NCBI GenBank assembly: GCA_016871995.1
Contig: VHBL01000004.1
Location: 30,001-62,000 of the forward strand
Source: Nitrososphaerota archaeon
GTDB taxonomy: Archaea; Thermoproteota; Nitrososphaeria; Nitrososphaerales; UBA57
DNA: 32,000 nt
Reading direction: 5' to 3'
Notes under the pieces: generated by a model
What the model saw: the letters and a program-made list of their open reading frames with translations, nothing else
What the model was told of the DNA's origin: nothing
Databases searched by the model: none
Position numbers and translations under genes: made by a program
Shown: one piece after another, positions 31,020 to 32,000 of the stretch
Numbering within the stretch: the stretch's first letter is position 1
Layout of the letters: each line of letters opens with the position of its first letter

Positions 31020-32000
31020 AGCAGAGTAGTTTCAATTCTATTAGTGATAGCATTAATTGCCTCCAATATAGGTGCTGCAACGGCAGTTGAGCTCACATTC
31101 TCGACTAGCAAGACAGAATATTTCTTTGGTGAAGTTCTCGCCCTGACAGGTATGACAGACCCTAGAAAGGTTGTTACACTGCAGCTCTTCAACCCTATAG
31201 GCGATCTATTAGCTATTGACCAGTTTGAGGCTGACGCCAGTGGTAACTTCCAGAGAAACTTTCTGACATTCCCTGCGGAGGCATCACAAAGATATACTCA
31301 AGGCGAATATACTGTAAAGGCTATCGTCGAAGGGGCTACGGCTGAAAAGAAGATCATTTTGCGACAGGTTGGGCCTCCTCTTTCGCCTCAGGCTCCGACT
31401 GGGGTTAGGGTCACAGTTCAATCCATCCCCGAAAGGTACATTTTAGTGAACAGGTATGGACAGTTAACATACAGAGTTGAAGTATTTAGGCTTGAACCTA
31501 AAATCAGTGTGGCAGTAGAATCTGCCCCTAACGTATTCGATGAAGCTAACAAGGTAACATCCAAGCTCTCGAGGTTGATAGAATTTACAGACTCTAACAA
31601 CGACAACGACTACCAGAAAGGAGTGGATGCTGACATCAGAAGGGTAGATTCATCGGAATTGACTTGGACTAACCAGCTCGTAAACCAGTCCTTTACCAGA
31701 TGGCAGTACACAGCAGTCCTCAGAGGCGTAAAGGATAATTTGAATGTTAACCTCAATGTAACTGTGGTTGGCGGAGAAGGAAATGCTACTGTAACTCTGC
31801 GTATAGCAGGGCATAGTTTCGGAAACCCTAGCAACAAGCTTGCTCTGATGTGGGAGGGTAAGGCAGGGAAGGAACTTGATATCGGTCCAGCAGAATTCGG
31901 AATCAATATCAGAAGCGGCACTAGCTTCACTTCACCCTTCCAGAGGTTAGATGCCAATGCTAACATCGACGGAGCCAGTATAGCGGTAAGGTCAAGAATT
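31020..32000 (+). CDS. Secreted surface (S-layer-like) protein, 5' partial; continues beyond the window
   Basis: I translated this by hand. ATG 31020 opens 327 stop-free codons running to base 32000, so the frame is missing from the supplied track because it has no stop. It has a signal peptide (MKASRVVSILLVIALIASNIGAATA) and beta-rich Thr/Val/Asn composition. N-x-S/T sequons are present (NQS, NVT, NAT). The three minus-strand track ORFs here are its antisense shadows. Confidence 0.7.

Noticed and set aside
30974-31966. Three minus-strand ORFs (30974..31192, 31418..31606, 31610..31966)
   Set aside because: They are antisense to the 327-codon open plus-strand frame, which has a clear signal peptide. 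They have no motifs and are fragmented by stops, whereas the plus frame is uninterrupted.
1-32000. CRISPR arrays, tRNA or rRNA genes, transposases, integrases, prophage or plasmid genes
   Set aside because: I saw no regularly spaced direct repeats. No T-loop-like GTTCRAATC or cloverleaf candidates appear in any intergenic gap, all but one of which are under 190 nt. No ORF has recombinase or transposase motifs. This was a by-eye scan only; tRNAscan, Infernal and a repeat finder would be decisive.

Overview
This is a compact, gene-dense archaeal chromosomal segment. The evidence is the presence of aIF5B, eS6, aIF2-gamma, Rpo7 and Spt4, A/T-box promoters about 25-35 nt upstream of start codons, and many tightly coupled genes. 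The gene content looks TACK/Thaumarchaeota-like, but the taxon cannot be fixed from this window.

Layout:
- 0.6-11.3 kb, minus strand: a translationally coupled de novo purine operon, purS-purQ-purL-purF-purF'-purD-purE-purC-purM, plus a gyaR-like dehydrogenase. nfo lies just upstream.
- 12.4-13.9 kb: small secreted or membrane proteins and a PDCD5-like protein.
- 13.9-18.5 kb: a two-gene archaeal-type glutamate synthase, with a divergent Lrp-like regulator.
- 19.2-26.3 kb: a mixed accessory-looking block. It holds a cytidylate-kinase-like protein, msrA, a GYD protein, a membrane-anchored LamG/DUF1080-like protein, a KaiC/RecA-like ATPase fused to a multi-CxxC tail, a DUF4367-like secreted protein, an aldehyde dehydrogenase and an orphan SPPY DNA methyltransferase.
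- 26.35-30.96 kb: the conserved information-processing cluster aIF5B-eS6-aIF2gamma-PIN-Rpo7-Spt4.
- 31020 to the window end: an open frame absent from the supplied ORF track, encoding a signal-peptide surface-protein candidate.
- Base 1: a DUF4256 gene with bacterial-style arginine codons.

I saw no rRNA, tRNA, CRISPR array, transposase or integrase.

The items most worth a second look are:
- the tandem purF pair with reciprocal motif decay, where one copy has Pro in place of the nucleophilic Cys;
- the KaiC-like/zinc-ribbon fusion with an 18-bp perfect palindrome at its start;
- the unusual domain partition of glutamate synthase;
- the orphan methyltransferase;
- the very frequent TTG start codons.

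None of these is proven to be a new system. All functional calls rest on my reading of the translations, not on database searches.
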